DNA from: Octopus sinensis
Lineage: Eukaryota
Reading direction: 5' to 3'
Length of the DNA stretch: 64,000 bases
NCBI RefSeq assembly: GCF_006345805.1
Contig: NC_043000.1
Location: 20,398,001-20,462,000 of the forward strand
Part shown: positions 40,264 through 53,405 of the stretch, in pieces
Position numbering within the stretch: the stretch's first letter is position 1
How the letters are laid out: each line of letters begins with the position of its first letter
Notes under the pieces: model-generated
The model's database searches: none
The model's input: only the letters and a program-made list of their open reading frames with translations
What the model was told of the DNA's origin: nothing
Program-made: the position numbers and the translations under genes

Positions 40264-42261
40264 TTAAGCAACTGTGTACCTACTTTTGCCCACAATTATA
40301 GGTTCGTTCGCTCAGGCTACGCTGACTACACTCGTCTTCCAACAAATTCCATAGAGGATAGCATTTCCTTTTCTGCTTTTTATGTTTCTTAGAAAAAACT
40401 TGCTAACAAAAAGTCGATGAGATTTGATCAAAGAAGAAAGTGTCTATCCTTAGTTCTTTCTACATAACTATACCCACCAAACAGGAAAATCGTAAAGCCA
40501 GATCGATAGACCCTTCACACAACCAGTTATCTACTATCTTCGCAACTGTTATCAGTTTTTATCATCAGTTCTAAATTTCCGCCAGGTGCCGCAACAGGCA
40601 GTCGAGGTAGGAACTATGTCTCCAGCAGTGGCGGTTCGTGTATAGGCACTGCAGAACTGCAGCAGCCCCTATTTCCACTCGATATTATCAATAACATTCA
40701 ATATAAGTTTTTTGTTTTCTTTAACTCTTTCTTTATACTTGTACATTATATGATTGTAACGGTTAAGGTTACCAGCTGTAAGCGATGAAAGATTTGTTTT
40801 TGTAGCGATGCCTGTTATGGTGCAACGTCGAGATTGCCAGTTTGTAACGATTGGTTCATCGGAAGGCTGCAATTCACTTGTTCGGGGTCACCAATTGTAA
40901 GCGGTTAAGATTTTAGTTGAAGCTAGTGAGAGTTGTAGGGTTGTGGGACGTTGACTCACAGTTGCTGACAGTAAATTTCATTTCTCCCTCTGACCAAGGT
41001 TCTAGTTGGTCAGCCTGACTTCGTTCTCACTGAGTTGTCACCAAAGTGACTAACTCGTTGAGTCATCACCAAGTGACTGAACTATCTTTTTGCTTGGGGT
41101 TTATGCTTTTATAACTGTCCAGAAGGATAGACATATCACTGAGAACAATGGGCTTCGTTGGTGGTACTGTGATATCTATATTCTAGCTTTTGGTGAAGTA
41201 GAAGAGATTATAAGGGTCAAATGGTAAAGACATTATTTCGGCCGAGCTAAAGTCAATCTGGCAAATGTAAAACTGCTGTCACAGAAAAGCCATTGTTCCA
41301 CTGTGAGAAAAGTTCTGTTGAACTGTTTTTTTAAATTTGGCTATGGTGGATCGAATCCACTTCATGCATGCAAGATCCTCCATAATCCGTAAGCTTAATA
41401 TCAGTAGCTATCCCCTAGTTTATGAAAAAAATACAAAAATCCTTGTGTAGAACAGTGCTCTTCACAGTTCCAGAGATGCGGTGTTTAGCTGTTGTGCGCA
41501 TGCTCACATGTCCGAGATAGGAAGTTTCATGCTAGGGAGAGAGAGCACTGTGTTTTACGCAAACCGACTCTAGTGTGCTAGTGAAAAGTAGTTTCTTTTT
41601 GACTCTGCGTGTGTTGTGCTTAAAAACATGTTTATATTTTTGAATGTGATAAAAGTGTAGAAATAGATTATTATCCTGCTTCCAGCTACAGTGTTGCTGC
41701 CAGGATTTGAAAAATAGGGTAGATTCCATCCCACCCCACTTATTTTGTGATTTAGAGGAGATTTTTGAAAAACAGCGGGGAATTCGCGGCGGTGTTCAGG
41801 GAACAAATTAAACTCACTACCCGGCAGTGACTAAAACGCGAACCGATCGAGTTTATGCTTTTTTTTTTTCTGTAGTTTCAGCTCAGAACTGCGGCCTTGC
41901 TGATGCAACATAAATTTTCTTTTTATATGTTTGTTTCCTTTTACACAATATTAAAACGGCTGAAAATTTTCTGAAGCAGCACCCCCACTAATTTTATCTA
42001 TGAGCTGCCACTGGTTTCCAGTCTACCACTTGGTCAGAACTGTTAAGCTAGGTGCAGCTGGAAAACACCATACTTGTGCTTCGAATAGAGTAAACTACGT
42101 CTGTTACAATTCCTCAAAAGTCGACTCTAGCTTAGATACCACTTCACACCTCTTCATCCGAGCCCATCGAACCGTTCTCGTATTTTCATATCTAACAGTG
42201 TGTACCTTAGCTCTGACAATATAACTTCCGTATTTACTCATTAATGCCCCTTCTAATCTCT

Positions 42262-42640
42262 TTCCCATAGGTAGTGGGTAGCGATTTTCTTCCCTACTTC
42301 AGGGAGTGACGACCCTGCCTGACACGAGTCCCGAACTCAGCTGGCTCCGGCTGACAGTACCCGGTATGGGCCCCTATCCAGGGTTACGGAAAGGAGACAA
42401 CCTTCAAAGAAATCTGGAGTGGAGCCCCGTAGGCGGTTTAGTGTTCGACACGATACTCTTCCGTCAGCTCCTGCAACCAAGCTGGTGCCAAACGTAATGC
42501 TCTGCACTCCTTTGGACTACGTCAGATAGGTCGAGAGAGGAATCCTGACGATTGGGCTACCCAAGATTTTCTTACATCTAGCCCAGGCCAGCGCAAGACT
42601 GGAGAGGAAACTGCAGAGGACGTGAAATGTAAAAACCAGA
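42262..42640 (+). mobile_element. Probable RTE LINE 5' UTR fragment
   Basis: CAGCTCCTGCAACCAAGCTGGTGCCAAACGTAATGCTCTGCACTCCTTTGGAC...ACTGGAGAGGA resembles RTE 5' regions (from memory). Confidence 0.55.
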
Positions 42641-42844
42641 TTGTATTAGTTTATGCGCCACTCCATTGTCTCCCGAGACAAAATGATGCCAACAACAACA
42701 ACAACAATCTCTTTCCCTCTATCACTAAATGCTATTTATTCTGTTCTAATCTTCGAACTTCCGAGGAAGCGTTATCAATCCAGGATGTATAACCATTACA
42801 CTTGTATTTTCAATGCTTTCTACCTTTTCCTTGAACATTACCAG

Positions 42845-43260
42845 CAGGAGTGGCTGTGTGGTAAGTAGCTTGTTTACCAACCACATGGTTCCGGGTTCAG
42901 TCCCACTGCGTGGCACCTTGGGCAAGTGTCTTCTACTATAGCCTCGGGCCGACCAAAGCCTTGTGAGTGGATTTGGTAGATGGAAACTGAAAGAAGCCCG
43001 TCGTATATATGTATATATATGCGTGTGTGTGTGTGTGAGTTTGTATATCTGTGTTTGTCCCCCCAACATCGCTTGACAACCGATGCTGGTGTGTTTATGT
43101 CCCCGTCACTTAGCGGTTCGGCAAAAGAGACCGATAGAATAAGTACTGGGCTTACAAAGAATAAGTCCCGGGGTCGAGTTGCTCGACTAAAGGCGGTGCT
43201 CCAGCATGGCCGCAGTCAAATGACTGAAACAAGTAAAAGAGTAAAAGAGTAAGAGAGAGT
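42845..43260 (+). mobile_element. Full-length family B SINE
   Basis: All B modules, (GAGTAAAA)n tail. Confidence 0.92.
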
Positions 43261-43324
43261 ATTACCCATTGCTTAATTACAAGGCTAAAAGAGACGTACT
43301 TTATTGTTTTGTTACTGTTTTCAT

Positions 43325-43356
<32 letters not shown>

Positions 43357-43562
43357 GGTAGTGGTGGTGGTGGTGGTGGTGGTGGTGGTACTGCTGCTGG
43401 TGATGACACTGTTGCTGCTGCTAATTTCTTGCCATCATGGTATGATGTCAATCAATGTTGTACGAGAAGTTGTCTTGGCAGTGACGTCAATCTTTGTAGT
43501 TGCCATGACCGTAACAATACTGACCGTAGTCAGGCCGAAAGTTTCAGATCTCTTCTCTCTCA

Positions 43563-43596
<34 letters not shown>

Positions 43597-43619
43597 CTAT
43601 CTCTATCTATCTATCTTCC

Positions 43620-43883
43620 TCTTCCCCTTTTTTTCCCCTTTTTTCTTCTTTTTTCATTTCTCTTTTCTCTTGTTCCTTTTCTTTTTTTTTCTTCTTTTTC
43701 TTCTTTTTATTTTTATTTTATTTATTTATTTATTTTTGTTCTTTTCTTCCCTTTTACGATCCCTCTTGATCGAAAACCTACGCCACCCCATTTTTTTTTT
43801 TGTTTTCTTCATCCCCCAAAAGAAAAGCTCTACCTTGTAACTTGTCCCATCTGTGTGCAGCCCTGTGTGGCCAATAAAGAAAT

Positions 43884-43885
<2 letters not shown>
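43620..43885 (+). mobile_element. L1/Tx1-like 3' UTR end
   Basis: T-rich tract, then TGTCCCATCTGTGTGCAGCCCTGTGTGGCCAATAAAGAAAT, followed by (ATCT)n. Confidence 0.6.
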
Positions 43886-43931
<46 letters not shown>

Positions 43932-44929
43932 GTCTATCTCTTTCTGTATTGTCTGTATCTTATCTCTAATTTTCCTCCGCCGCGAACAATATAGTGACAG
44001 TCTTGGATCCATATTTAGCGAACGTATTGCAGAAATACACAACCTAAAAATTTGTCATTTTTTTTCCAAAAGTGCATTTGAATTCTTCCGTTTTCAAAAA
44101 CGAAGATACGATTTTACAAAAAAAAAAAAAACGAAAAAAAGAGAAGTAAAACAGTTTTTCAAAATCTTGAATTTCCTCATCATACACTTGAAATTTTATC
44201 CTTTTTCTTAAATTTTTTTGTTTTAATTTTACGTTTGAATATACAGAGATTACGATCTTGGCAAAAAATAGAATTTGTTTCGAAATTTCAATTTAAAAAA
44301 ATAAATAAATAACACCTCTCCGTTACTTAGCGATTCGGCAAAAGACACCGATAGAATAAGTACTGGGCTTACAAAAGAATAAGTCCCGGGGTCGAGTTGC
44401 TCGATTAAAGGCGGTGCTCCAGCATGGCCGTAGTCAAATGACTGAAACAAGTAAAAGAGAGAAAGAGAGATACCTGGATTTCAGAAAAACCATATCCATC
44501 TCGACCCAAATCTTTTGGAAGTTATAAAAAATTGTCCCTTAATTGCATGTGTACAGGACAACAACCATCAGCCAAATGTTCCCCAAAACAGACACAAACG
44601 AGAGTGTTTGGTAAGAAGTTTGCTTCCCAGCCATATGGTTCCGGGTTTTGTTTGTTTTTGTCCCCATAACATTGCGGTTCAACAAAGAGACTGGAAAAAA
44701 TAAGTGCCAAGCTTTACAGAAATAAGTCCTGGGCTCGAGTCATTCGATAAAACCCTTCAAAGTGGTACCCCCAGCATGGTAACAGTCTTTTGACTGAAAC
44801 AGATTAAAATATAAAAGATATACCCATACATACATACATACATACATACATACATACATACATACATACATACATACATACATACATACATACATTCATA
44901 CATTCATACATACATACATACATTCATAC

Positions 44930-45320
44930 ATGATGACTGTTCCCTCGTTATCGAGTATGGCCATTGCACGAAGCTTAACTGTTATCGGTGCTGTGATCGA
45001 ATGTGACTTTTTAGCCCAGCTAAAGATCTACAATGTCTTGTACAGAATTGGCAGCTAAAACCTTTACCGGTAATAGCCGGCTGTAGTTGTAACTGGGCTT
45101 CATGTACCTTTGCATGTCGTTTAAGTCCTCCTGCCGAATTACACTCTCTTCCACATACCTGACAGATATGATTAGTATGGTGTGTAACTTACCACCAGTG
45201 GCCAGGTTGTCACTCATCTGTCTCGCTTTATGACCACGAAGATGACTCTTGAGTCGAGCTTTACTGAGGCAGGGTCTTGCACAAACACTGCATGTCAGCA
45301 TCATAGAAAGACCCTTCCCA
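44930..45320 (-). pseudogene. RTE-type ORF2 C-terminus with three C2H2 fingers and 3' tail
   Basis: CSVCARPCLSKARLKSHLRGH; CQVCGRECNSAGGLKRHAKVH; CQFCTRHCRSLAGLKSHI; ends GGCCATACTCGATAACGAGGG..CAT. Confidence 0.75.
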
Positions 45321-47041
45321 TACATACATACATATATACATACATACATACATACGCACGTACGTACGAACAAACAACACGTGTGTAAAAACGTTTTGCT
45401 AGTGACCTTCTAGCATCTAAGTTAATTCATCTCTTCCGCGTGTTCCAATCTTTCTAGACTGTTTACCATCTTCAAAACATTTTACCAATTTCCCGAACTT
45501 TTCTTTCTCTACCAGAATTTGACCTTCGCAAACATTTTTCTCTCATATTCAAATTTTTTGCATCTCGAACTCTTTGTTTCATAGATGCACACCTAAAGAA
45601 AATTATTTTCCATCTATACTTTTTTGCTCATACACATACACATACATAAGTAATACCTTCCACCTTACACCAGCCCACAGCATTTCTTTAACATTTTCAT
45701 TCACTCATATACACGCTCTCTCTCCCTCTCTCTCACACACACACATACTTCCCCTCACTACTCACGTTACAGTTACTCTCACCAACGTCCTCTATTCCTC
45801 CTAATCAACGCCACCATATTTCTCCATATCTTTACAAATACATACACCACACCAACTCATACGAACACATCATGGTTCCTTACACCCGCTCCAGACTCAT
45901 AAACACTGATATATGTAGTTTACACGCCTGCGCTTCTCAGCTCCCTATATAGAACAGCATTCTCCCTGTTTCTAACCATTCACCGTCTTCTTACGTCTCT
46001 TTCCCCACTTAATTTTTTTTTAACGTTGTGGTACTTTTTTTCCTTTTATGTACTCCCTATCTCTCTCTTCACTCTCTCTTTGCTTCTCCTTCAACTTTCC
46101 TTTCTGATAAACGACAAATTTCCAAAACGTAAAAGACACTTATTTCAACTCCTCTGGCGTTAAGTTTGTTAAACTTTGTTCTTTCTGTAGTTCTTTTTAA
46201 CGTTTACCGACTACACATACATACATACATACATACATACATACATACATACATACATACATACAAGGAGTGATCCTCCTTTAAAGTGTTGAAATCACGT
46301 TCACATCTGATTGCCAACGGACGAGGGAATTCCTCCGGTTATGTTAAATATGTTTTTCGCTATAGTTAATGTCTCTACTTGTCACTACCCAGATTGATCT
46401 TTTATTACCAAGGATAATATATATTCTTATATATGTTTTTGTTGTTCCTTGGTAGAGAATTATTAGGGGTTAGTTAGAAAATGAGTATTCTAGGGTGATA
46501 CTGTTTTGTAAATAATTATAGTTTATCAAGATCAAAATGTAGCTATACAGCAGATATGAAGCATATATAATATCATAACTTGATAATGTTGATAGTGCGT
46601 GGAACCTTGAAAGGAACTTAGGTTTGTGATTACGTTTATGCTTAGTCGTATAGAGGAACTTGTGCTGATGATATTTAAGTATGCTTTGTGTTTAAGCGAT
46701 TGTATTTGTTAAGCTAAAGGTGGTTATAAAGATTAGTTTTATTGAGCCATCATCTATAAGCAAATAACGTGGTTATGGGCCGTGGTCCGATTAGAAGAGA
46801 CGAAACTGAACTGCTGGGCATTGTCTGTAGAAATGGGAAGACTCAGCAAAACTGGGCTTGTACTAAATAACGGCCATTTTAGATGAGGCAAACCCATATT
46901 AAATGGTTTCTTGCAATTAGTTGCTTCTCTCAAGTATGAGCCAACTAGTGTAGGTATTCTTATACAGTGCAGAGTAACTTGAAATCTATTTGGACTTACT
47001 AAATTCTATGCATCTATGCATGAGAATGAATGAACGAGTGA

Positions 47042-47420
47042 ATGGTAGAGAGATATGATGCTAGTAAATATATGTGCTGTAATGTATTGACATCCGATAA
47101 GGTTCTTACTAATCATGTAACTGGCGAGAAACTTATTGAAAACGTATTATCACGTAATTGTAAGTATCGTAATGTTGTACATGTAATACATTGTAGTGAG
47201 TGTGGGGCACAATATATAGGTCAAACGACTCGAGTATTACATCAACGTCTCAATGGACATAGACAAGCAGTTAAGTTAAGTCTCTCAATGTATTTATGAA
47301 CATCTTACGATACATAATGAAAGGTTTGATTGCTGTAGGATAAATATAAGAGACTCTGTATTAGATGAGGTTGAATCAATAAAACACTGCTAGGAAAAGA
47401 AAATTTTTAGTTAATAGCAC
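47042..47420 (+). pseudogene. GIY-YIG endonuclease domain (frameshifted)
   Basis: CKYRNVVHVIHCSECGAQYIGQTTRVLHQRLNGHR, then IYEHL..H. Confidence 0.88.
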
Positions 47421-48129
47421 TCTGCAGTATATATACATACACAGAGGATTCTACATCAATTCGAATGACTCATCGAGTAGTATAACATATGAATTACTTT
47501 CATACACTATATATATAGTTCAGCAAAATTTAGATTCAGATGAATATGGTACTTAAGGTAAAGGCACCAGAATTTGGTATGGTATTATCCATATAAATCA
47601 AATGGGGTGATTTATATACATACCCTTTGGACCTCAATGATAAGGCTGTTGGAAAATGGAACAATATCATGTGAAAATTAAGGAAACGCTTCTTTTTTCT
47701 TATCTTAGTCAATTTTAAGGGGGCAACATAGCCATGCAATGTGGAGTAAAGATGGTGAGAAATTACACAAAGATCTATCGATAATATGGAAATAGGTAAA
47801 TGGATTATAGCCCAAGTGTTATGTTCTGCTCATGTCATATTCGTTAAGGACGCTCAACAGATTAAAGCGTATACGTAGTAAGAATATCACGGATGTGAGT
47901 TCTTGATAATTAGCTTTTCTGGTCGATTAATTAAAGATGCTTAAAAAAAGATGTCAAAAAAAGTAAAAAAGGAATTCATAAGTGTGCCCTTTATTACTAA
48001 AACTATGGATAAAATGGATTTAAATACAGCGTTTAAAGATGGCAGTATAGACGATCTTTTACTTATTGAAGTTATGTGTTGTGTGTGTGTTTGTATGTAC
48101 GTATACACACACACACATACCACATATAT

Positions 48130-48380
48130 GTAGTTAGAAATATACAAAAAAATAGACAAAAATAGAAAAAGTTGAAAAACAACAAAATAGGGTGTGTTTG
48201 TGTTAGTTTGTCTCAGGAAAAATGGAAGAAGTCTTTGACGTTTCAGGCGTACGATCTTCCACAGAAAGAAATGAGGAGAGAAAATTGATGCAGAGGTAAA
48301 AAGAAAACTGGAGACAAAAGATGTGTTTCGTATTTGAATTAACAGTTGAGCTGACCAGAAGGAAGGAAAGAGGTGACAGT

Positions 48381-48418
<38 letters not shown>

Positions 48419-48607
48419 TCCAAACATGAAAACACAAAGAGAAAACACAACAACACGAGGACGTGGAACAAGTATAGTATTATTGGACGCTCAGGAAAGA
48501 AAGAAAGAAGGAGCTCTTTATCAGAAACATAGGAAAAGGATATATCCAAAAAAGGGAAGACAGAGGAAAAAAATCGCCAACGGTACACATGCGGTCACAT
48601 TTATATA

Positions 48608-48672
<65 letters not shown>

Positions 48673-48720
48673 TAGAAATATGATTAGAAAAGCCTTATCG
48701 GATATCAATACAACACATAT
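48130..48720 (-). mobile_element. Non-coding insertion(s) with degenerate hammerhead-like motifs
   Basis: Minus strand CTGTGGAAGATCGTACGCCTGAAACGTCA at ~48235-48263 and CTGATAAAGAGCTCC at ~48510-48525. Confidence 0.45.
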
Positions 48721-48879
48721 TTACTAGCATCACATCTCTCTACCACACTCATTCATTCTCATGCATAGATGCATTTTTCTTTTTATTGTAGTATATATAT
48801 GTATACGTATCGATTTTTGGTAAGATATCATTTAATTATAATGAATTTGTATCTAGGTTAAACAATTGTAAATGTTCTA

Positions 48880-50420
48880 GTTTCTGCTACGTGGAAGATG
48901 GGCTTGATTACACGAGGAACTCAAATGTTGTTTGTAATAGGGACTTAAGGATGGCGATGTTAAGGGCTACGATATTTAGAGAGCCAGGAGAGTTGAATAA
49001 GTTAAAGCTTGAAAACATAGTGTTGGATTCAGTTGTTATTAGTTAATTTTTAGTTTTGATTTTTAGGGGGCTTTTTATAGACCTGGTGGTAAACTAAATG
49101 GTACTAAATGGTAAAAATGGGATTAGAAGAGATGATTTTGAGGAATAGAAATGGAGGGTAATAACTTCTGTCGAAAAAAAATTCGGTCCTTGGAAACAAA
49201 CAAAAACCCAATACTTAATGAGATGACTAAACGATATGGTAAAGTACCGACGGATAAAGTAATGGGTAATTTTGTAATTATGTGTAGGAAGAATTATGTG
49301 AAGAAGTTAGCGAGTCAATTGGGAATGAAACCGGATTTTACTGGATTTTCATCAGATGATTCTACATCAATTCGAATGACTCATCGAGTAGTATAACATA
49401 TGAATTACTTTCAGAAGATACTGAAACCCATGTAGAGAGATTAATACTTGAAGTAGGAATTAAATAGTAACGGGTAAGAAAGGAACCGATGCATTTCGAA
49501 ACGGTTATAGATTCCTAAGTTACACAAAACACTACGTAAGAAAAGCTAAATCAAGAAAAGTATGATCTTAGTTAACGAAGCATTATATGTGGTTAGAACA
49601 GCTTTTGTTAAGTATTACGGTGACATTTACCGTAGTTCTAGGATTAGTTTAATGTGGAACATTGGACCTAGCATCAAAATATTGGGAAAAAAAACTAAAG
49701 AATGTGAAGGTAGGTAATAGAAAGCATATGTTTGATTCTTTAGATTAAAAACTGTTAGAGGCCAGAATATTTAAAATAGTATATCTAGTATATGCAAATA
49801 TATTTAAGTATATATTGATTAAAAATTCTGTCGGTTTTATGTTCAATATCTAGTACTGTGGTTATAGAAGTTTTAAAACAAAACACAAAAAAACTTGCAG
49901 TAGTTAAGTTTGTTATAAATAATGCATACATTCCGCTTGCGGACAAAGTATGTAGAGAGGTTAGAGACATTCTTATGGAGATAATTGTAGTACTTTACTA
50001 TCTGCCTTAATGATTTATGGAAAAGGAAAACGTTAGAATAAGTCAACAAACTTTGTGGCTGATGCAGGTACATGGATGGCATTTTCAATCCAGAGTATAG
50101 ATTTTTTTTCTTTTAGTATTTACTAAATAAGATTTTATCCTAGGGGTTCAGAAGCTAGCAGAAGTGGTAAGGATATAAATGAAATTAATTATTTGTGTAT
50201 TTCAATTGAATTTGTCATAAATCTGTGATTATTATAATTTCTAATCAGACAAAGAAAATTCAATTTTAGAATTGCAGCCATGCCATATAGCAGATAACTG
50301 CACACCTAATAAGTAGGATATAACATATTTGCTGGACAGGTAATAAGACATGGAAAGATAATTAGTAGATACGATTTATTATGAGGCGTTACTTATAATC
50401 GTATAAAGCGAACCATTTGA
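48880..50420 (+). pseudogene. Penelope-type reverse transcriptase, heavily decayed
   Basis: Motifs listed above, read across several frames with stops. Confidence 0.7.
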
Positions 50421-50667
50421 CAAGGTTCTAATCCGAACAGATTAATTAAACAATTTAATTGTGACGTAGCTTTCTACATTGGTATATGAAGTAAGTTAGA
50501 ACTTTTCAATCTTGCAATTGAATTTCAAATAAGAAATTTAAGTTTAAAGGTATTGGTAATGTCAGGCGCGCGTTTCGTTAAAGGAGACTAGTAAAAGGAT
50601 GCCTGTTTCAGCGGTATTGAACGTTACTCACAAGTTCTGGCTGTGTGGTTTATTAATATATTCTCGT

Positions 50668-50969
50668 TTATTATTTTTTTTTTATTTATGCACCCTTTTC
50701 AAGCCTAGCCAGGCTCATGGGCCCGGTTTCTCGGTTTCTGTGGCGTATGTGTTCCCCCCAGCTGGACGGGACGCCAGTCCATCGCAGCGTTACTCGAGAA
50801 ACAGGAAGAAAGAGTAAGAGAAAGTTGGGGCGAAAGAGTACAACAGGGGTGGCCACCACCCCCTGCCAGAGCCTCGTTGAGCTTTAGGTGTTTTCGCTCA
50901 ATAAACACACACAACGCCCGGTCTGGGAATTGAAACCGCGAGTCCGCTACCCTAACCACTGGGCCATTG
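50668..50969 (-). mobile_element. SINE: head 1, body X, Meta-like domain, A-rich tail, 13-bp TSD
   Basis: CTGCGATGGACTGGCGTCCCGTCCAG...GAAACCGAGAAACCGGGCCC; TSD AATATATTCTCGT. Confidence 0.8.
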
Positions 50970-50999
50970 AATATATTCTCGTATCACCATTTTCCCCCT

Positions 51000-52660
51000 T
51001 CTTTTTCTTACTCTGGTTTCAACCAACCTTTTCAGTATTCAAGGTGTTGTTTACTTCGTGAAGATAAAAAAAAGTTCTTTAGATTGGATTGGCGTTCTTT
51101 TTGAAGTGAACACTGGAGATTTTCTTTGACCAGACAAGGTCTGCAAGCCCATCGTTCTTAGAGTCGGCGCAAATGTGGAGGAACGAGGTGTCGGTGTGGC
51201 AGGTCTTTAATATTAGAGGAATTTGGGGACTGTCATGTCAACTAAATTCTGGTTGCTTTACTTGACATGCTGAGATAAATTTAATCTTGAAACGGCACGT
51301 TACATAAATAAATATCTTCACAGTTTTTTAATTCGATCTGAAAAGCGGTCCACCTAAATTATTCAAAAACAGTCGCTCATTGATAATCTCCAGCCTCTTG
51401 TTCATAGGCGGACTGTCTCCTCTATCTCCCTTTTCTACCGCTACTATTATGGCCTCTGCATTTCGGTGTTGGCTTGAGCACATATCACCTCTTTTCAGAC
51501 ATTCCCATATTACTCATCTCTCCCTTTTTCATCATCCTTGTTGAGTCCAACGTCTCAAGCCACTTCGTTGCATTAACCACTTCACGGATATTTTCCTTTT
51601 CATGGGCAGCTCCATTAATTGATTTTCTTTAACTAAATACTTTGAAACTTCGGAGACTGGTAGAATGTGACATATAGAACATCTTTTACTCTTAGCGTTG
51701 TTGAGAAAAGTTTCTATTTACGAAGTTATTTCGTGTTAAAGTTAACGTATTTCGGTAATTTCAACCAATCAATGAAGTGTATTCAGCTGAATAAAATTAC
51801 TGCAGTTGTTTGTCAATAACATCTATCGGCGGTGTATATTTCGTTTGTCACTGTTATTTATGACATATTTTCATATCAGTTACGTTTGTATGAATAAACG
51901 AGTGTATCTGAAGCACGTTTACTTCGCGACACCACCATAATCGTTCGTGCATTTCTACTGCTTTTTAGGTTTTTTTTCCTGTTTTTCAACTACTATTTTC
52001 GGAAAGACTTCGTCCCGTCCCCCACCCCATTTTCTCGTAAATTATTGATTTTTTATAATTTTTTTTTTTGCCAAAAACCTAGCTTTTCGGATACGGAGGT
52101 CCGGAAAATTGCCAAAAATCGGAATTTTGACATTTTTTGCTCCACTTTACCCCTCCCCTCCAATTTCTTCATTTTCTCCTTTTTTCCGTAACCCTAACCC
52201 TAAAACCCTAAAGCTAAAACCAGTACAAGCTCACGAACGATGTCATAAATAACAGTGACAAACGAAATATACACCGCCGATGGTTATTGCTGACAATGAC
52301 AGTAATTTTATTCTGCTGAATACACATCATTGATTGGCTGAAATTACCGAAATACGACAACTTTAACGGGAAGTAACTTCATAAATAGAAACTTTTCTCA
52401 ACAACACTAAGAGTAAAAGATGTTCTACATGACATATTCTACCAGTATACGGAGTTTCAAAGTGTTTAGTTAGAGAAAATTAATTGAGCTGCCCATGAAA
52501 AGGAAAAGATCCCACTTCGCTCAACTCTTCTTCCCAGAACAACGTCCCTTGAAATTTCCTCCCTGCTTATGTAATTCTCGCAGACACGTAATTGCAATGG
52601 TTTAAGAGGAACATTGATAGCATCATTCTCTGGCCTGTAAATGTCTTGGGACCTATCTCT
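51000..52660 (+). pseudogene. CR1/L2-group LINE ORF2 C-terminal fragment, split by a TIR element
   Basis: LQPLVHRRTVSSISLFYRYYYGLC before the insertion; FFPRT..LWN.LP..V....N...FK after it. Confidence 0.8.
51586..52512. mobile_element. GGAT(C)-terminated foldback element, ~285-bp arms, TAACCC tract, 8-bp TSD
   Basis: TSD CACTTCAC/CACTTCGC; TAACCCTAACCCTAAAACCCTAA at 52189-52212. Confidence 0.9.
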
Positions 52661-53310
52661 TTCTTCAGATCCAGCAATTAAAGAAAAATTTCGTGCGATT
52701 GTACCGGAATGAGAGGAAGAAATGTGATAGGCTTAGCTTCTTTCCTTAGGCAAGGTTTAGATGCTTTGCCCTTACGCGAGACACAGCATTGAGTGATTAT
52801 TTCGTTCCCTCACATACTCTGAATACTGCGTTGGAGGTGGAAGTAGAGGCTATCACGCCTTTGAAATATAACCTATTGCAGATAGAAATATAACCTATTG
52901 CAGATAAATGACATGATGCGTTTTTTTTCCTCATACGGCGGCATTAAAACGATTAATTGTAGGAGCTGGGTCACTGACCACGAAGTCCTTGACTTGCTCG
53001 GCGTCTCAACTGGCTGACGTGTCTCATAATAAGGTTGCAAAAGTCTTAAGCTGCTTCTGTTGATAAAATGGGAAAAGAAATAAATAACAACTCTTATCCT
53101 TCTATTTACTGTGTATTCTGAAGCTGGGCTGACCGGAGCCATATAACAACAAACGATATCGTTTCTTGAATTAAGTTAACATTACACACATCCTATTATC
53201 AACAGATTTCACTTGTTACTCATTATGGTTCTTTGTTAATCAATAAGTTTGCGAGACTTCGCTTAGTTTTTCATTTCATATTCAATTGTATTTTTTCTTC
53301 GTTCGTTTGA

Positions 53311-53405
<95 letters not shown>

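Larger units (their letters stand above)
46270..50500 (+). mobile_element. Decayed Penelope-like element with endonuclease upstream of RT (Naiad/Chlamys-like)
   Basis: GIY-YIG at 47042-47420; linker KEFISVPF..K.MD..DL at 47951; LR...FREP at ~48950; PTDK..GNFVIMCRK.Y at ~49250; *IPKLHK at ~49510; RYMDG at ~50070; thumb-like IF.GQVIR at ~50330. Outer boundaries are approximate. Confidence 0.75.

Noticed and set aside
40264-41200. Solo LTR
   Set aside because: TATA-like motif present but no TG..CA ends, TSD or PBS; shares sequence with the probable Helitron at 21.8 kb
42300-42420. HDV-like ribozyme in the RTE 5' region
   Set aside because: GAG-TCCCGAA-CTC resembles P3/L3, but I could not find matching P1, P1.1 or P2; a descriptor search on the family consensus would settle it
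43304-44211. 300-aa and 178-aa ORFs
   Set aside because: Built from GGT, CT, T-rich and ATCT simple repeats
50550-50615. Hammerhead at the end of the Naiad-like element
   Set aside because: GAAACGCGCG present on the minus strand but no intact CTGANGA or stem I
52866-52911. 23-bp tandem duplication
   Set aside because: Ordinary slippage event with no further structure
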